Positions 1 through 13,773 of a stretch of 64,000 bases of DNA are shown piece by piece; within the stretch, counting starts at the first letter, position 1; every line of letters begins with the position of its first letter. The position numbers were made by a program, and so were the translations under genes. Under the pieces are notes generated by a model, which had not been told where the DNA came from, made no database searches, and was given only the letters and a program-made list of their open reading frames with translations. This stretch comes from an uncultured Gemmatimonadaceae bacterium (GTDB lineage Bacteria > Gemmatimonadota > Gemmatimonadetes > Longimicrobiales > Gaopeijiaceae): positions 50,504 through 114,503 of the forward strand of contig CAYPMO010000004.1 of NCBI GenBank assembly GCA_964412015.1, written 5' to 3'.

Positions 1-1665
1 ATGACGCACGGAGCCCTGGGGATGACGTACGAGCAGGCCTCCCCGCGCGCGCTGGTCCTGCTGCGTGATGACGGCGATCTCCTGACCTACGCGGACGCCG
101 TGACCCACCATTTCACGGCCGCCATCCAGACGATGATCACTGCGGCGAAGCACCGGGAGCGCATCCTGCGTGACTACCTGGCGTTCCGGCAGGACGGCAT
201 CCGGGGGAGCGACCGTGGACCGGCCGAATACGTCCTCACGGGTCACGACCCGGGCATGACGGCGCGCCTCGCCTCCTTGCTCGTGAAGAACGGCGTGGAG
301 GTCTTCACGGCTCGCGGCCCGGTACGGATCGGCACGCGAACCCTGGACGCGCCGGGCACCTACGTCGTTCCGCTCCAGCAGCCCGCGTCCCGCATGGCCC
401 GCATGCTCCTCGATCGGCACGTGCCGATGGACACGGCCTTTATCCAGCGACAGATCGAGCGCCGTACCCGCCGGCAGCGCGACGAGATCTACGACGTCAC
501 GGCCTGGAGCCAGTCGCTCCTCTGGGACGTCGAGGTGCTGGAGGCCGAGCGCGCCACCGGCGCGCTCGGAGAACGCCTGAGCGACGAGGCGCCCCCCGTG
601 GCGGTGGTTCTTCCGCCGGCGCGCGTCGGGTACCTCCTTCCGTGGGGGACGAACGCCGCGGCGGCCGTCGCCGAGGCGCTGCGCGAGGGCATCCGCGTCC
701 GCTCCGCCGGGGGCGCGTTCGTCCTGGGAGGTCGTAGCTTCGGGGTGGCCACCGCGATCGTGCGCACCGCCGAGAACGGTCCCGACCTCGCGGACAAGCT
801 GGGTCGGATCGCCGCACGGCACTGCGCCGAGGTCGTGCCGGTGGACGACTCGTACGTACGCGAGGGGACATCGCTGGGAAGCGGCAGCGCCCGCGCGCTC
901 CGCGAGCCACGCGTGCTCCTCCTGTACGATACGCCCGGCTCGAGCCTCTCGGTCGGGTGGGCCCGCTACGTCCTCGAAAGGCGCTACGGACAGCGGACAT
1001 CGGTGGTCCGAAGCTCGTCGCTCGGCCGCGCCATGCTCTCGCAGTACGACGTGATCGTCTTCCCGAGCGGGGATTACTCGAGCGTGGTGAACCGGGGCCT
1101 GCTCGACCGTCTCCAGCAGTGGATGCGGGACGGCGGCACGCTGGTGACGCTGGGCGAATCCACCCGGTGGGCCACGCGCGAGCACGTGGGCCTGCTCGCC
1201 ACCACGTCCGAGCGGAGAGGCGGGCGCGCCGAAGGGACCGAGCCACCCCAGCGCGGCACGCCCGAGCAGCCCATCGAGTACCTGGACGCGATCGTCCCCA
1301 CCGACGAGGCGCCCGAGCCGGTGCCCGGCGCCATCCTCCGGGCGTCGCTCGACACCGAGCACTGGCTGGCGGCCGGCACCGACGGGGAGATCGGGGTGTT
1401 CGCCGAGAGCGGGAGGGTGTTCTCCCCCATCACGCTCGATCGGGGGCAGAACGTCGGGCGCTTCGCGGGGCTGGACAGCCTCGTGCTGAGTGGAACCGTG
1501 TGGAAGGAGGCGCAGCCTCAACTCGCCAACAAGGCCTACCTCATCCATCAGCCGGTGGGGCGCGGGCGGCTGGTCGCCTTCTCGGAGGACCCCAACTACC
1601 GGGCCTACACCGAGGCGACCATGCTCCTGTTCATGAACGCGGTGCTGCTCGGCCCGGGCCGGTGA
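1..1665 (+). CDS. M14-family zinc carboxypeptidase, C-terminal 554 aa (5' end outside window)
   Basis: ORF is open at the window start. It is co-linear with the full-length paralogue at 7875..10481, starting at the catalytic-Glu region (GMTYEQAS vs GATYEMAS). Shared runs include PVDDSYVREGTSLGSG, PGSSLSVGWARYVLERRYG, YDVIVFPSG, RVFSPITLDRGQNVGR, KAYLIHQPVGRG and LLFMNAVLLGPGR. Confidence 0.8.
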   Translation: MTHGALGMTYEQASPRALVLLRDDGDLLTYADAVTHHFTAAIQTMITAAKHRERILRDYLAFRQDGIRGSDRGPAEYVLTGHDPGMTARLASLLVKNGVEVFTARGPVRIGTRTLDAPGTYVVPLQQPASRMARMLLDRHVPMDTAFIQRQIERRTRRQRDEIYDVTAWSQSLLWDVEVLEAERATGALGERLSDEAPPVAVVLPPARVGYLLPWGTNAAAAVAEALREGIRVRSAGGAFVLGGRSFGVATAIVRTAENGPDLADKLGRIAARHCAEVVPVDDSYVREGTSLGSGSARALREPRVLLLYDTPGSSLSVGWARYVLERRYGQRTSVVRSSSLGRAMLSQYDVIVFPSGDYSSVVNRGLLDRLQQWMRDGGTLVTLGESTRWATREHVGLLATTSERRGGRAEGTEPPQRGTPEQPIEYLDAIVPTDEAPEPVPGAILRASLDTEHWLAAGTDGEIGVFAESGRVFSPITLDRGQNVGRFAGLDSLVLSGTVWKEAQPQLANKAYLIHQPVGRGRLVAFSEDPNYRAYTEATMLLFMNAVLLGPGR

Positions 1666-1696
1666 ACGGTCGGAGATCCGTCGGGAGGAATCACCC

Positions 1697-2719
1697 ATGA
1701 TGCGCATTCGTCGCGTGACGCCGGCGGCGCTCGTCGCCCTGGCCCTGCTGCCCCTTCCCGCACACCCCCAGACCCCCGCCGACCCCGGCCTGGAGCGGCT
1801 CCGACTCGAGATCGAGCGCCTCGCGCCCATCTCCGGAGGCACGATGGGCGTCGGGGTCGTCCACCTGGAGACGGGAGCCGAGGTCTTCGTGAACGGCGAC
1901 GTGCCCTTCCCGATGGCCAGCACGTTCAAGGTACCCGTGGCCGTCCAGCTCCTCACGATGGTGGAGGCCGGCGCCCTCCGGATGGACAGCATGATCACGG
2001 TCCGGGAGAGCGACCTGCATCCGGGAAGCGGGGAGATCAGTCGTCTCCTGAACGACCCGGGCGTGTCGCTGTCCGTGCGGAACCTCATGGAGCTCATGCT
2101 CCTCATCAGCGACAACTCCGCCACCGACATTCTGCTCCGCACGGCCGGGGGCGGGGCGGCGGTAAACGCCAGGCTCGCGGAGCTCGGCATCGAGGGGATC
2201 TCCGTAGACCGGCCGACCATCGAGCTGATCGCGGATGCCGTCGGGGTGAAGGAGCTACCTCCCGAGGACCAGCGCACGCCCACGGCCTACCGCGAGCTGC
2301 AACGTCGTGTCACCGACGCGGACCGCGCGGCGGCGCGGGAGGCGTTCTACCGGGATACCCGGGACACCGCCACGCCGCGCGGGATGTCCAGGCTCCTCTC
2401 GACCATCTGGAATCGCGAGGCGCTCGGCGAGGAACGTGCGTCCCTGCTGCTGGACATCATGTTCCGCTGCGAGACCGGCGCGGCACGACTGAAGGGGATG
2501 CTCCCTCCCGGGACCCGCGTGGCCCACAAGACCGGGAGCCTGGGGATCGGAGTGACCGTCGACGTGGGGATCCTCGAGCTCCCGGGCGACGCGGGACACG
2601 TGATCGTCGCCGCGTTCGTCAAGGAATCCGGCGCCGACACGGCCACTCAGGAGCGCGCGATCGCGCACGTGGCTCGTGCGGCCTACGACTGGTTCGTGCT
2701 CCGGCCCGGCACATCCTAG
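1697..2719 (+). CDS. class A beta-lactamase-fold serine hydrolase (secreted)
   Basis: 340-aa ORF with a GGGAGGA SD 7 nt upstream of the ATG and a signal-peptide-like N-terminus. Class A motifs are present: SxxK (STFK), SDN (ISDNSATD) and KTG (HKTGSLG). The omega-loop is atypical (see findings). Confidence 0.8.
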   Translation: MMRIRRVTPAALVALALLPLPAHPQTPADPGLERLRLEIERLAPISGGTMGVGVVHLETGAEVFVNGDVPFPMASTFKVPVAVQLLTMVEAGALRMDSMITVRESDLHPGSGEISRLLNDPGVSLSVRNLMELMLLISDNSATDILLRTAGGGAAVNARLAELGIEGISVDRPTIELIADAVGVKELPPEDQRTPTAYRELQRRVTDADRAAAREAFYRDTRDTATPRGMSRLLSTIWNREALGEERASLLLDIMFRCETGAARLKGMLPPGTRVAHKTGSLGIGVTVDVGILELPGDAGHVIVAAFVKESGADTATQERAIAHVARAAYDWFVLRPGTS

Positions 2720-2733
2720 GAAAGGCGCACCGG

Positions 2734-2752
2734 GAGGGCCCCGCAGGCCCTC
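2734..2752 (+). terminator. GC-rich hairpin 15 nt after the beta-lactamase-like stop (possible intrinsic terminator, no U-tract)
   Basis: GAGGGCC-ccgca-GGCCCTC forms a perfect 7-bp stem. It lies inside a longer-range 10-bp complement (2719-2728 GGAAAGGCGC / 2819-2828 GCGCCTTTCC). Confidence 0.25.
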
Positions 2753-2871
2753 GTGGGGGCCGTCCACGCGGCAGTCCGGGCCCGGTGTCCAGGCCGTCCG
2801 AGCCATTGTACATTTAGCGCGCCTTTCCAGGCGCCTTCGGCCACGTTCACCTTCCTGACGAGCCCACACCA

Positions 2872-5316
<2,445 letters not shown>

Positions 5317-5347
5317 GTCGGCCGGCGACCAACCACGAAAGCATCGG

Positions 5348-5377
5348 AGGGCCCCGCGGCTTCAGCCGCGGGGCCCT
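5348..5377. terminator. bidirectional terminator-like hairpin between convergent hppA and icd
   Basis: GGGCCCCGCGGC-ttca-GCCGCGGGGCCC forms a perfect 12-bp stem, extended by one A-T pair, with a 4-nt loop. It is followed by TTCC on the + strand and sits in the 113-nt convergent spacer. Confidence 0.5.
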
Positions 5378-5429
5378 TCCGCTCCGGGGCGCTCCGGGGA
5401 CGCCGGCCCGCCGCTCGCGGGAGGTTGCG

Positions 5430-7655
<2,226 letters not shown>

Positions 7656-7874
7656 GGGACACCGGCCCGGGGCAGCTCCGCCCCGCGGCCGCGCAGCCCC
7701 GGGGCGAGAAAAAACGCTCCTCAAACTAAGGCGCTGAATCGCTACGTCATCCCCCGCACGGAGCGACGAGCATGAGGGGACGCGCGCGGGGCTTCACAGG
7801 GGCGCCCCATGGGCTATGTTGGCGCGAGCGGCCCCGCACGGGCGCCGCTCCGTCGCGCCACCCGAGGATCGGCC

Positions 7875-10481
7875 ATGCTCACCGCACTCGCCTTCGCACT
7901 CCTGCTCCAGGTCCCCCCCACCGCGACTCTCGCTCCCGGGACCCGATACGATCCATCCATCCCCACGCTCCGCCAGGTCGTGGGCCACGATGTCACCGAG
8001 GCGATCACGACGCCGGACCAGGTCGTCGCGTACTTCCGGGCCCTCGCTGCCGCCGCCCCCGAGCGGAGCCGCCTGATCGAGTACGGCCGGAGCTTCGAGG
8101 GACGTCCGACGATCCTGCTCGTGATCGGCTCGGCCGAGCGCATCGCGCGACTGGAAGCGGTGAAAGCCGACCTGAAGCGGCTCGCGGACCCACGGGGGCT
8201 CGACGCCGCCGACACGGAGGCGCTGGTGCGTGATCTGCCGGTGGTGGTCGCCCTCGTACACAACGTCCACGGCAACGAGGTCAGCACGGCGGGAGCCGCG
8301 CTGGCGGAAGCCTACCATCTCCTGGCCGCACAGGGCGATGCGACCGTGGACCTGGTCCTCCGGGAGTCTCTGGTCCTCATCGACCCATTGCAGAACCCGG
8401 ACGGCCGCGCCCGCTTCGTATACCAGAACATGGTGGGCGTGGGGCGCTGGCCCGACGCCGACCCGCTGACGGCCGAGCACGACGAGCCGTGGCCGGGCGG
8501 CCGCGGCAACCACTACCTCTTCGACCTCAACCGCGACTGGTTCGCCCAGACCCAGATCGAGACCCGCGGGCGCGTGGCCGCGCTCCTCGAGTTCATGCCT
8601 CACGTGGTCTCCGACCTCCACGAGATGGGCGGGAACTCCACATACTACTTCCCTCCCAACGCCATCCCCGGGAACACGTGGACGACCGATGAGCAGCGCG
8701 AGCTGAACGACTACCTCGGTCAAGCCATGGCAGCCGCGTTCGACGAGCGGGGCTTCGCCTACTTCAACCGCGACACGTACGACGCGTTCTTCCCCGGCTA
8801 CGGGGTGTCGTGGCCCATGGCGCAGGGGGCGATCGGAGCCACGTACGAGATGGCGTCGGCGCGCGGCCTCGTCTTCCGACGGAGCGACGGCACGCTGCTC
8901 ACGTACGGCGACGGAGTGCTCCGCCACTTCACGGCCGCGCTCGCCACGCTTCGCGCCGCGGCCGAAGCCCGCGAGCGCGTCGTGCGAGCGTTCCTCGAGT
9001 TCCGCCGGAGCGCGGTCGCGATGGGCGAGACGGGCCCCCGCGAGTACGTGCTCCACTCGGCGCACGACCCGGTGATGGCGGCACGGCTCGCAGAGCTCCT
9101 GGTCGCCAACGGCATCGAGGTCGGTCGCGCGACGGCCCCCGTGCAACTCGCCGGCCGTACCCTGCCCGAGGGCCGGACGTACGTCGTGCCGCTGGCACAG
9201 CCCGGCCACCGCCTGCTCCGCAATATGCTGGACCGCCACACGCCGATGGACGACGAGTTCGTATCCCTCCAGATCGAGCGGCGCGCCAACCGTCAGCCGG
9301 ACCAGATCTACGACGTCACCGCGTGGAGTCTCCCGCTGCTCTGGGACGTGGAGCTGCACCCCGCCACACGGCCGACCGGAGCGCCGACCGAACCTGTACG
9401 GAAGGAGATCGTCACGCCGCAGGCCCCGAGTCTCCCCGGAGCCACCGTCGGGTACCTGATCCCGTGGAGCACCGCGGGTGCCGCCGCAGTGACGGAAGCT
9501 CTCGGCGCAGCCATCCGCGTCCGGTCCGCGGGAGGAAGCTTCGTCCTGGACGGACGCACCTTCGGCGTGGGCACGGCGATCGTGCGAACCTCGGAGAACG
9601 GGCCGGACCTCGCGGAGAGGCTCTCGCCCATCGTCGCGCGGCACGGCGCGGAGGCGGTCCCTGTGGACGACTCCTACGTACGCGAGGGAACGAGCCTCGG
9701 AAGCGGCCGCAACCGGTCGCTCAGGGAGCCACGCGTCCTGCTCGTCTACGACCAACCAGGGTCGTCCCTGTCGGTCGGATGGGCCCGCTACGTCCTGGAG
9801 CGCCGGTACGGGCTTCGGGCCTCCGCCGTCCGCACGTCGACCCTCGGCCGGGCGACCCTCTCCGACTACGACGTGATCGTCTTCCCCAGCGGCAACTACG
9901 CGAGCGCCGTCGGTCAGGCCCTCGTGGAGCGCATCCAGGCCTGGATGCGGGACGGCGGCACCGTCGTGACCATGGCCGAGTCCACGGCGTGGGCGAGCCG
10001 CGCGGGGCTGTTGGCCACGAGCGCGGAGCGCCGTGGCGGGAGGAAGGAGGGGACGCCCGCGCCCGCGAAGGGCACCCCGGAGCAGCCCATCGACTACCTG
10101 GACGCGATCGCCCCGGCGGACGAGGCTCCGGAGCAAACGCCCGGCGCCATCCTCCGCGTCCTGCTCGACACCGACCACTGGCTCTCGGCGGGCACGGACG
10201 GCGAGATCGGAGCCATGGTGGACGGGACCCGGGTCTTCTCCCCGATCACGCTGGATCGAGGCCAAAACGTGGGCCGGTACGCCGAGGAAGACGAGATGGT
10301 GCTCTCCGGGATCGTCTGGGACGTCGCGCAGTCCCAGCTCGCGAGCAAGGCGTACCTGATCCATCAACCGGTGGGCCGGGGGCAGCTCATCGCGTTCGCC
10401 GAGGATCCCAACTATCGCGCCTACGCCGAAGCGACCGAGCTCCTGTTCATGAACGCGGTGCTGTTGGGGCCGGGGAGGTAG
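7875..10481 (+). CDS. M14-family zinc carboxypeptidase, ~870 aa, secreted, with long C-terminal extension
   Basis: M14 motifs are present: HxxE (VHGNEVS), NPDG, DLNRD, third Zn ligand region (SDLHEMG) and catalytic Glu (GATYEMAS). The N-terminus from ATG 7875 is signal-like (MLTALAFALLLQ) with a GAGGA SD upstream. An alternative start is at 7809. Confidence 0.85.
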   Translation: MLTALAFALLLQVPPTATLAPGTRYDPSIPTLRQVVGHDVTEAITTPDQVVAYFRALAAAAPERSRLIEYGRSFEGRPTILLVIGSAERIARLEAVKADLKRLADPRGLDAADTEALVRDLPVVVALVHNVHGNEVSTAGAALAEAYHLLAAQGDATVDLVLRESLVLIDPLQNPDGRARFVYQNMVGVGRWPDADPLTAEHDEPWPGGRGNHYLFDLNRDWFAQTQIETRGRVAALLEFMPHVVSDLHEMGGNSTYYFPPNAIPGNTWTTDEQRELNDYLGQAMAAAFDERGFAYFNRDTYDAFFPGYGVSWPMAQGAIGATYEMASARGLVFRRSDGTLLTYGDGVLRHFTAALATLRAAAEARERVVRAFLEFRRSAVAMGETGPREYVLHSAHDPVMAARLAELLVANGIEVGRATAPVQLAGRTLPEGRTYVVPLAQPGHRLLRNMLDRHTPMDDEFVSLQIERRANRQPDQIYDVTAWSLPLLWDVELHPATRPTGAPTEPVRKEIVTPQAPSLPGATVGYLIPWSTAGAAAVTEALGAAIRVRSAGGSFVLDGRTFGVGTAIVRTSENGPDLAERLSPIVARHGAEAVPVDDSYVREGTSLGSGRNRSLREPRVLLVYDQPGSSLSVGWARYVLERRYGLRASAVRTSTLGRATLSDYDVIVFPSGNYASAVGQALVERIQAWMRDGGTVVTMAESTAWASRAGLLATSAERRGGRKEGTPAPAKGTPEQPIDYLDAIAPADEAPEQTPGAILRVLLDTDHWLSAGTDGEIGAMVDGTRVFSPITLDRGQNVGRYAEEDEMVLSGIVWDVAQSQLASKAYLIHQPVGRGQLIAFAEDPNYRAYAEATELLFMNAVLLGPGR

Positions 10482-10564
10482 GGGCTCTCGACACCGCCGA
10501 GCGCTTCCGTGGCCGACGTGCTCGCCCCGACGATGGATGATCGGGATCGCGGCGTTCGCCGCCC

Positions 10565-11611
10565 CTACCGCAGCAGGAACCCGTCCCTCAGCGGATCCTC
10601 GGGATCCAGGAAGAACTCGCTCCGGCCCGTGATGTGCGCGGTTCCGCTCACCCGGGGGACCACCGCGTCGTGGGGGCCCACCCGGGTGGTGCCCACGACG
10701 CGCCCGCCGAACGTCGTCCCGAGCACGCTCTCGACGACGATGTCCTCCCCCTCCGCCAACTCGCCCCTCGCGTGGTGCAAGGCCAGCCTGGCGCTCACGC
10801 CGGTCCCGGTCGGGCTCCGGTCCACCTCGCCGTCGGCGAAGACGCAGACGTTACGGGAATGGTGCGCCGGGTCGTGCGCCGGCCCCACGAAGATCGTCCC
10901 GTACAGGAAGCTCAAGTCGGCGTCCACCGGGTGGTGAGGAGGGTCGGCTGCCGATACGGCAGCCTTGATGGCCCGCCCGGCGTCGATCAGCCGCCCGACC
11001 TCCGCCGGCAGCAGCTCGAAGCCGACCGAAGCCGCATCCACGAACGCGTAGAAGGCCCCTCCGAACGCCACGTCGTAGAGGACGGTCCCCAGCCCCGGCA
11101 CGTCCACGTCGCGGTCCAGGACAGCGACGAACGACGGCACGTTGACGAACGACACCGACGTCACCCGGCCGGCCTCGACCCGACCCCAGGCCTCGACGAA
11201 TCCCGCCGGGGTGTCGATCCCCACCCGGTTGTCGCCCTCACGACAAGGAAGGAGCCCGAGCTCCAGCACGACGGTCGTCACGCCGATGATCCCGTGGCCG
11301 CACATCGTGCTGTACCCCTCGTTGTGCGTGAACAGCACGCCGAGGTCCGCACCGGGCGTGACGGGGGGCACCACGAGGCACCCGTACATGTCCGGGTGTC
11401 CCCGGGGCTCCCACATCAGGGCGGTACGAATCGCGTCGTGCCGGGCCAGGGCATCCCGACGGCGGGCCAGGATCGTGTCTCCCTCCAGGCCGGGAAACCC
11501 GTCCAGGACGACCCGGAGCGGCTCGCCAGCGGCGTGTGCGTCCACCGCCAGGATGCGCCGGAACCCTGCCTGCGGGGACCAGGTGCGTGCCGCATCGGCC
11601 CAATGTCTCAA
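10565..11611 (-). CDS. proline racemase-family enzyme, predicted trans-3-hydroxy-L-proline dehydratase (Cys/Thr active-site pair)
   Basis: The family signature is present: AVDAHAAGEPLRVV, STMCGHG (first catalytic Cys) and DRSPTGTGVSA (Thr where racemases/epimerases carry the second Cys). Apparent TTG start with a GGAGG SD. Confidence 0.8.
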   Translation of the reverse strand: MRHWADAARTWSPQAGFRRILAVDAHAAGEPLRVVLDGFPGLEGDTILARRRDALARHDAIRTALMWEPRGHPDMYGCLVVPPVTPGADLGVLFTHNEGYSTMCGHGIIGVTTVVLELGLLPCREGDNRVGIDTPAGFVEAWGRVEAGRVTSVSFVNVPSFVAVLDRDVDVPGLGTVLYDVAFGGAFYAFVDAASVGFELLPAEVGRLIDAGRAIKAAVSAADPPHHPVDADLSFLYGTIFVGPAHDPAHHSRNVCVFADGEVDRSPTGTGVSARLALHHARGELAEGEDIVVESVLGTTFGGRVVGTTRVGPHDAVVPRVSGTAHITGRSEFFLDPEDPLRDGFLLR

Positions 11612-11658
11612 GGAAGCTCCCTCCTTGCTCGCGTGGTCTCTTTTCAGAAGATTGACCG

Positions 11659-13056
11659 ATGGATTCTTCCAGCCCTAAACCGGTAACGGATATGGCCGAA
11701 CAGCGAAACGGCTCCGCCACGGACGTGGAGACCCAGGTTCCCACGAGGGTTTCCCCCCCGGAATCGACCCCGGAGGACGTCATGCCCGAGACCCAGCCGT
11801 CCGCCCCTGGCGCGATGGAATACGACTACACGAATTTCTACTTCGGCGCCGGGGACGATCCGTTCGCCCTCATCGGGCCCTTCGACGACTGGTGGCGTGA
11901 GGTCAAGCCCGCGGGCTACTACCTCTACGAGCTGCCGCTCCACTCGGCTCCCACCACCACGGTGGACGTGGAGGACACGAAGACCCACGAGATCCGCCAC
12001 GGGCTCATCAACTTCGCCTCCTACAACTACCTCGGCTTGTCGTACCGGCCGGAAGTCAAGGAAGCCATCAAGGCGGCCGTGGACAAGTACGGCGGCGGCG
12101 CCTCCGGCTCGCCCATCCTGAGCGGCACCACGGACCTGCACCGACGGTTCGCCGACGAGCTCGCCGACTTCAAGAGCCAGGAGGCGGCGCTCGTCTTCCC
12201 CACGGGGTATTCCGCGAACGTCGGCACGATCGCCGGCCTGATGCGCTCCGGCGACCTGATCGTGGCCGACCAGTACGCCCACGCGTCGGTGGTGGACGGC
12301 ATGATCCTGTCCAAGGCCACCTCGCGCTTCTTCCGGCACAACAAGGTCGCGGACTTGGACCGGAAACTCGCGGACTTCCCGGGCAAGAAGCTCGTCGTGG
12401 TCGAGGGCGTCTACTCCATGGATGGCGACGTCCCCCCCCTGTCGGACATCGTCGAGGTCTGCCGCAAGCACCGCGCCCGCCTCATGATCGACGAAGCCCA
12501 CTCCGCGTTCCTGTTCGGCGAGAACGGCCGGGGTGTGGCCGAGGCCCAAGGGATGGAGGACGAGATCGACATCCATCTCGGGACCTTCTCCAAGACCCTG
12601 GGAGGCCAGGGAGGCTACATCGCCGGCTCGTTCCAGATGGTGAACTACATCCGGGGTTTCTCCCGGTCTCGCTTCTTCTCGTGCGCGCTCTCCCCGGTGA
12701 TCGTGGCGGGATTGCGCAAGTCGCTCGAGATCGCCCGCAAGGAACCCCACTTGCGTCAGAAGCTCTGGCACAACGTCGCCTTCATGCGCAAGAAACTCGC
12801 GGACCACAACGTCCCCGTGGGAGACACCTCCTCGCAGGTCATCCCGATCATGGTCCGGGACGATGCCCGCATCTTCCATATGGGCGAGGAGGTATTCCGC
12901 GCGGGCGTCTTCATCAACCCGGTGAAGTACCCCGCCGTGGGAAAGCACAAGTCCCGCTTCCGGATGTCCATATCGGCCGCGCATACGGAAGAGGAGTTGG
13001 ACAAGGGCGCCGACATCATCATCGGCGTTCTGAAGAAGTACGGGATATGTCAGTAG
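11659..13056 (+). CDS. alpha-oxoamine synthase family PLP enzyme (serine palmitoyltransferase / 8-amino-7-oxononanoate synthase-like), specificity unknown
   Basis: 465-aa ORF containing NFASYNYLGL, SGSPILSGTT, FPTGYSANVG, VVVEGVYSMDGD, IDEAHS and the PLP-lysine motif GTFSKTLGGQGGY. It has an N-terminal extension of about 90 aa. An alternative start is at 11692. Confidence 0.85.
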   Translation: MDSSSPKPVTDMAEQRNGSATDVETQVPTRVSPPESTPEDVMPETQPSAPGAMEYDYTNFYFGAGDDPFALIGPFDDWWREVKPAGYYLYELPLHSAPTTTVDVEDTKTHEIRHGLINFASYNYLGLSYRPEVKEAIKAAVDKYGGGASGSPILSGTTDLHRRFADELADFKSQEAALVFPTGYSANVGTIAGLMRSGDLIVADQYAHASVVDGMILSKATSRFFRHNKVADLDRKLADFPGKKLVVVEGVYSMDGDVPPLSDIVEVCRKHRARLMIDEAHSAFLFGENGRGVAEAQGMEDEIDIHLGTFSKTLGGQGGYIAGSFQMVNYIRGFSRSRFFSCALSPVIVAGLRKSLEIARKEPHLRQKLWHNVAFMRKKLADHNVPVGDTSSQVIPIMVRDDARIFHMGEEVFRAGVFINPVKYPAVGKHKSRFRMSISAAHTEEELDKGADIIIGVLKKYGICQ

Positions 13057-13709
13057 GGACGTACGATTTTCGTACCGGGGTCAGCGCGTTCTTCGAGATG
13101 GCGACCTCGGACGCCTTGGGGGTGCTCCCCGAGTACCTCCAGCCGATCGAGGTGCGCCACCAGCGGAGCGTCCTGTCGGTGACCGCGTTCCTCTTCGAGG
13201 AGAGTGACGTCGGTCCCTACACGGAGCTCATGTTCGCCGTCGTGGTGCCGCCCATGGTGGCCGCCTGGGGCCACCACGCCAAGGCGGGCTTCTACCCGTT
13301 CTGGGCGGCCACCAGCTCCGCGGAGGCGCGACGCCGCCGCTCGGAACGGTACCACTTCCCCTATCTGGACCGGGACATCGACGCCCAGTTCATCGAGACC
13401 CCGGGCCGGCTGCGCGTGCGTGCCTGGGGGAACGGCCAGCCGATCGTGGATTTCAGCGTGACCCAGGGCGAGTGGGAGTCCACGAGCCACCTCCTCCAGG
13501 GCTTCGCGGGGTGTGGCGGCGCCCGATACCGCACGACCGTCCAGATCAGCGGCGAATACACGGTCCACGAGAACGAGCGGGGGACGATGATCCTCTACCC
13601 GCACGAATTCACCCGGGCCCTCCTGGGCCGCGAGGTATCGCCGTACCCCTTCCGGGAGCACTGGCTCAAGAACGGCACCGAGGTCTTCCACTCTCTCGAG
13701 ACGTTCTGA
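13047..13709 (+). CDS. hypothetical protein, 220 aa (possibly acetoacetate-decarboxylase-like beta-barrel fold)
   Basis: ATG 13047 overlaps the AONS stop (13054-13056) by 10 nt. Third-position G/C is high throughout. The SDVGPYTELMFAVVV segment resembles the (S/T)PVGPY.E core of ADC/DUF2071-type proteins; this is a weak match from memory only. The upstream 122 codons of track ORF 12681..13709 are an out-of-frame overlap with the AONS gene. Confidence 0.6.
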   Translation: MSVGTYDFRTGVSAFFEMATSDALGVLPEYLQPIEVRHQRSVLSVTAFLFEESDVGPYTELMFAVVVPPMVAAWGHHAKAGFYPFWAATSSAEARRRRSERYHFPYLDRDIDAQFIETPGRLRVRAWGNGQPIVDFSVTQGEWESTSHLLQGFAGCGGARYRTTVQISGEYTVHENERGTMILYPHEFTRALLGREVSPYPFREHWLKNGTEVFHSLETF

Positions 13710-13773
13710 GGCGCGTCCGGCCGCGGATCGAGGAGGGAGAGGCGACCGCACCGCGTCCTCCATTTCACGGTCC

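Noticed and set aside
7794-10367. 857-aa ORF antisense to the M14 carboxypeptidase (plus 8810..10540, 576 aa, same strand in another frame)
   Set aside because: Both have the same high-GC artefact composition. The M14 frame carries all catalytic motifs and a paralogue.
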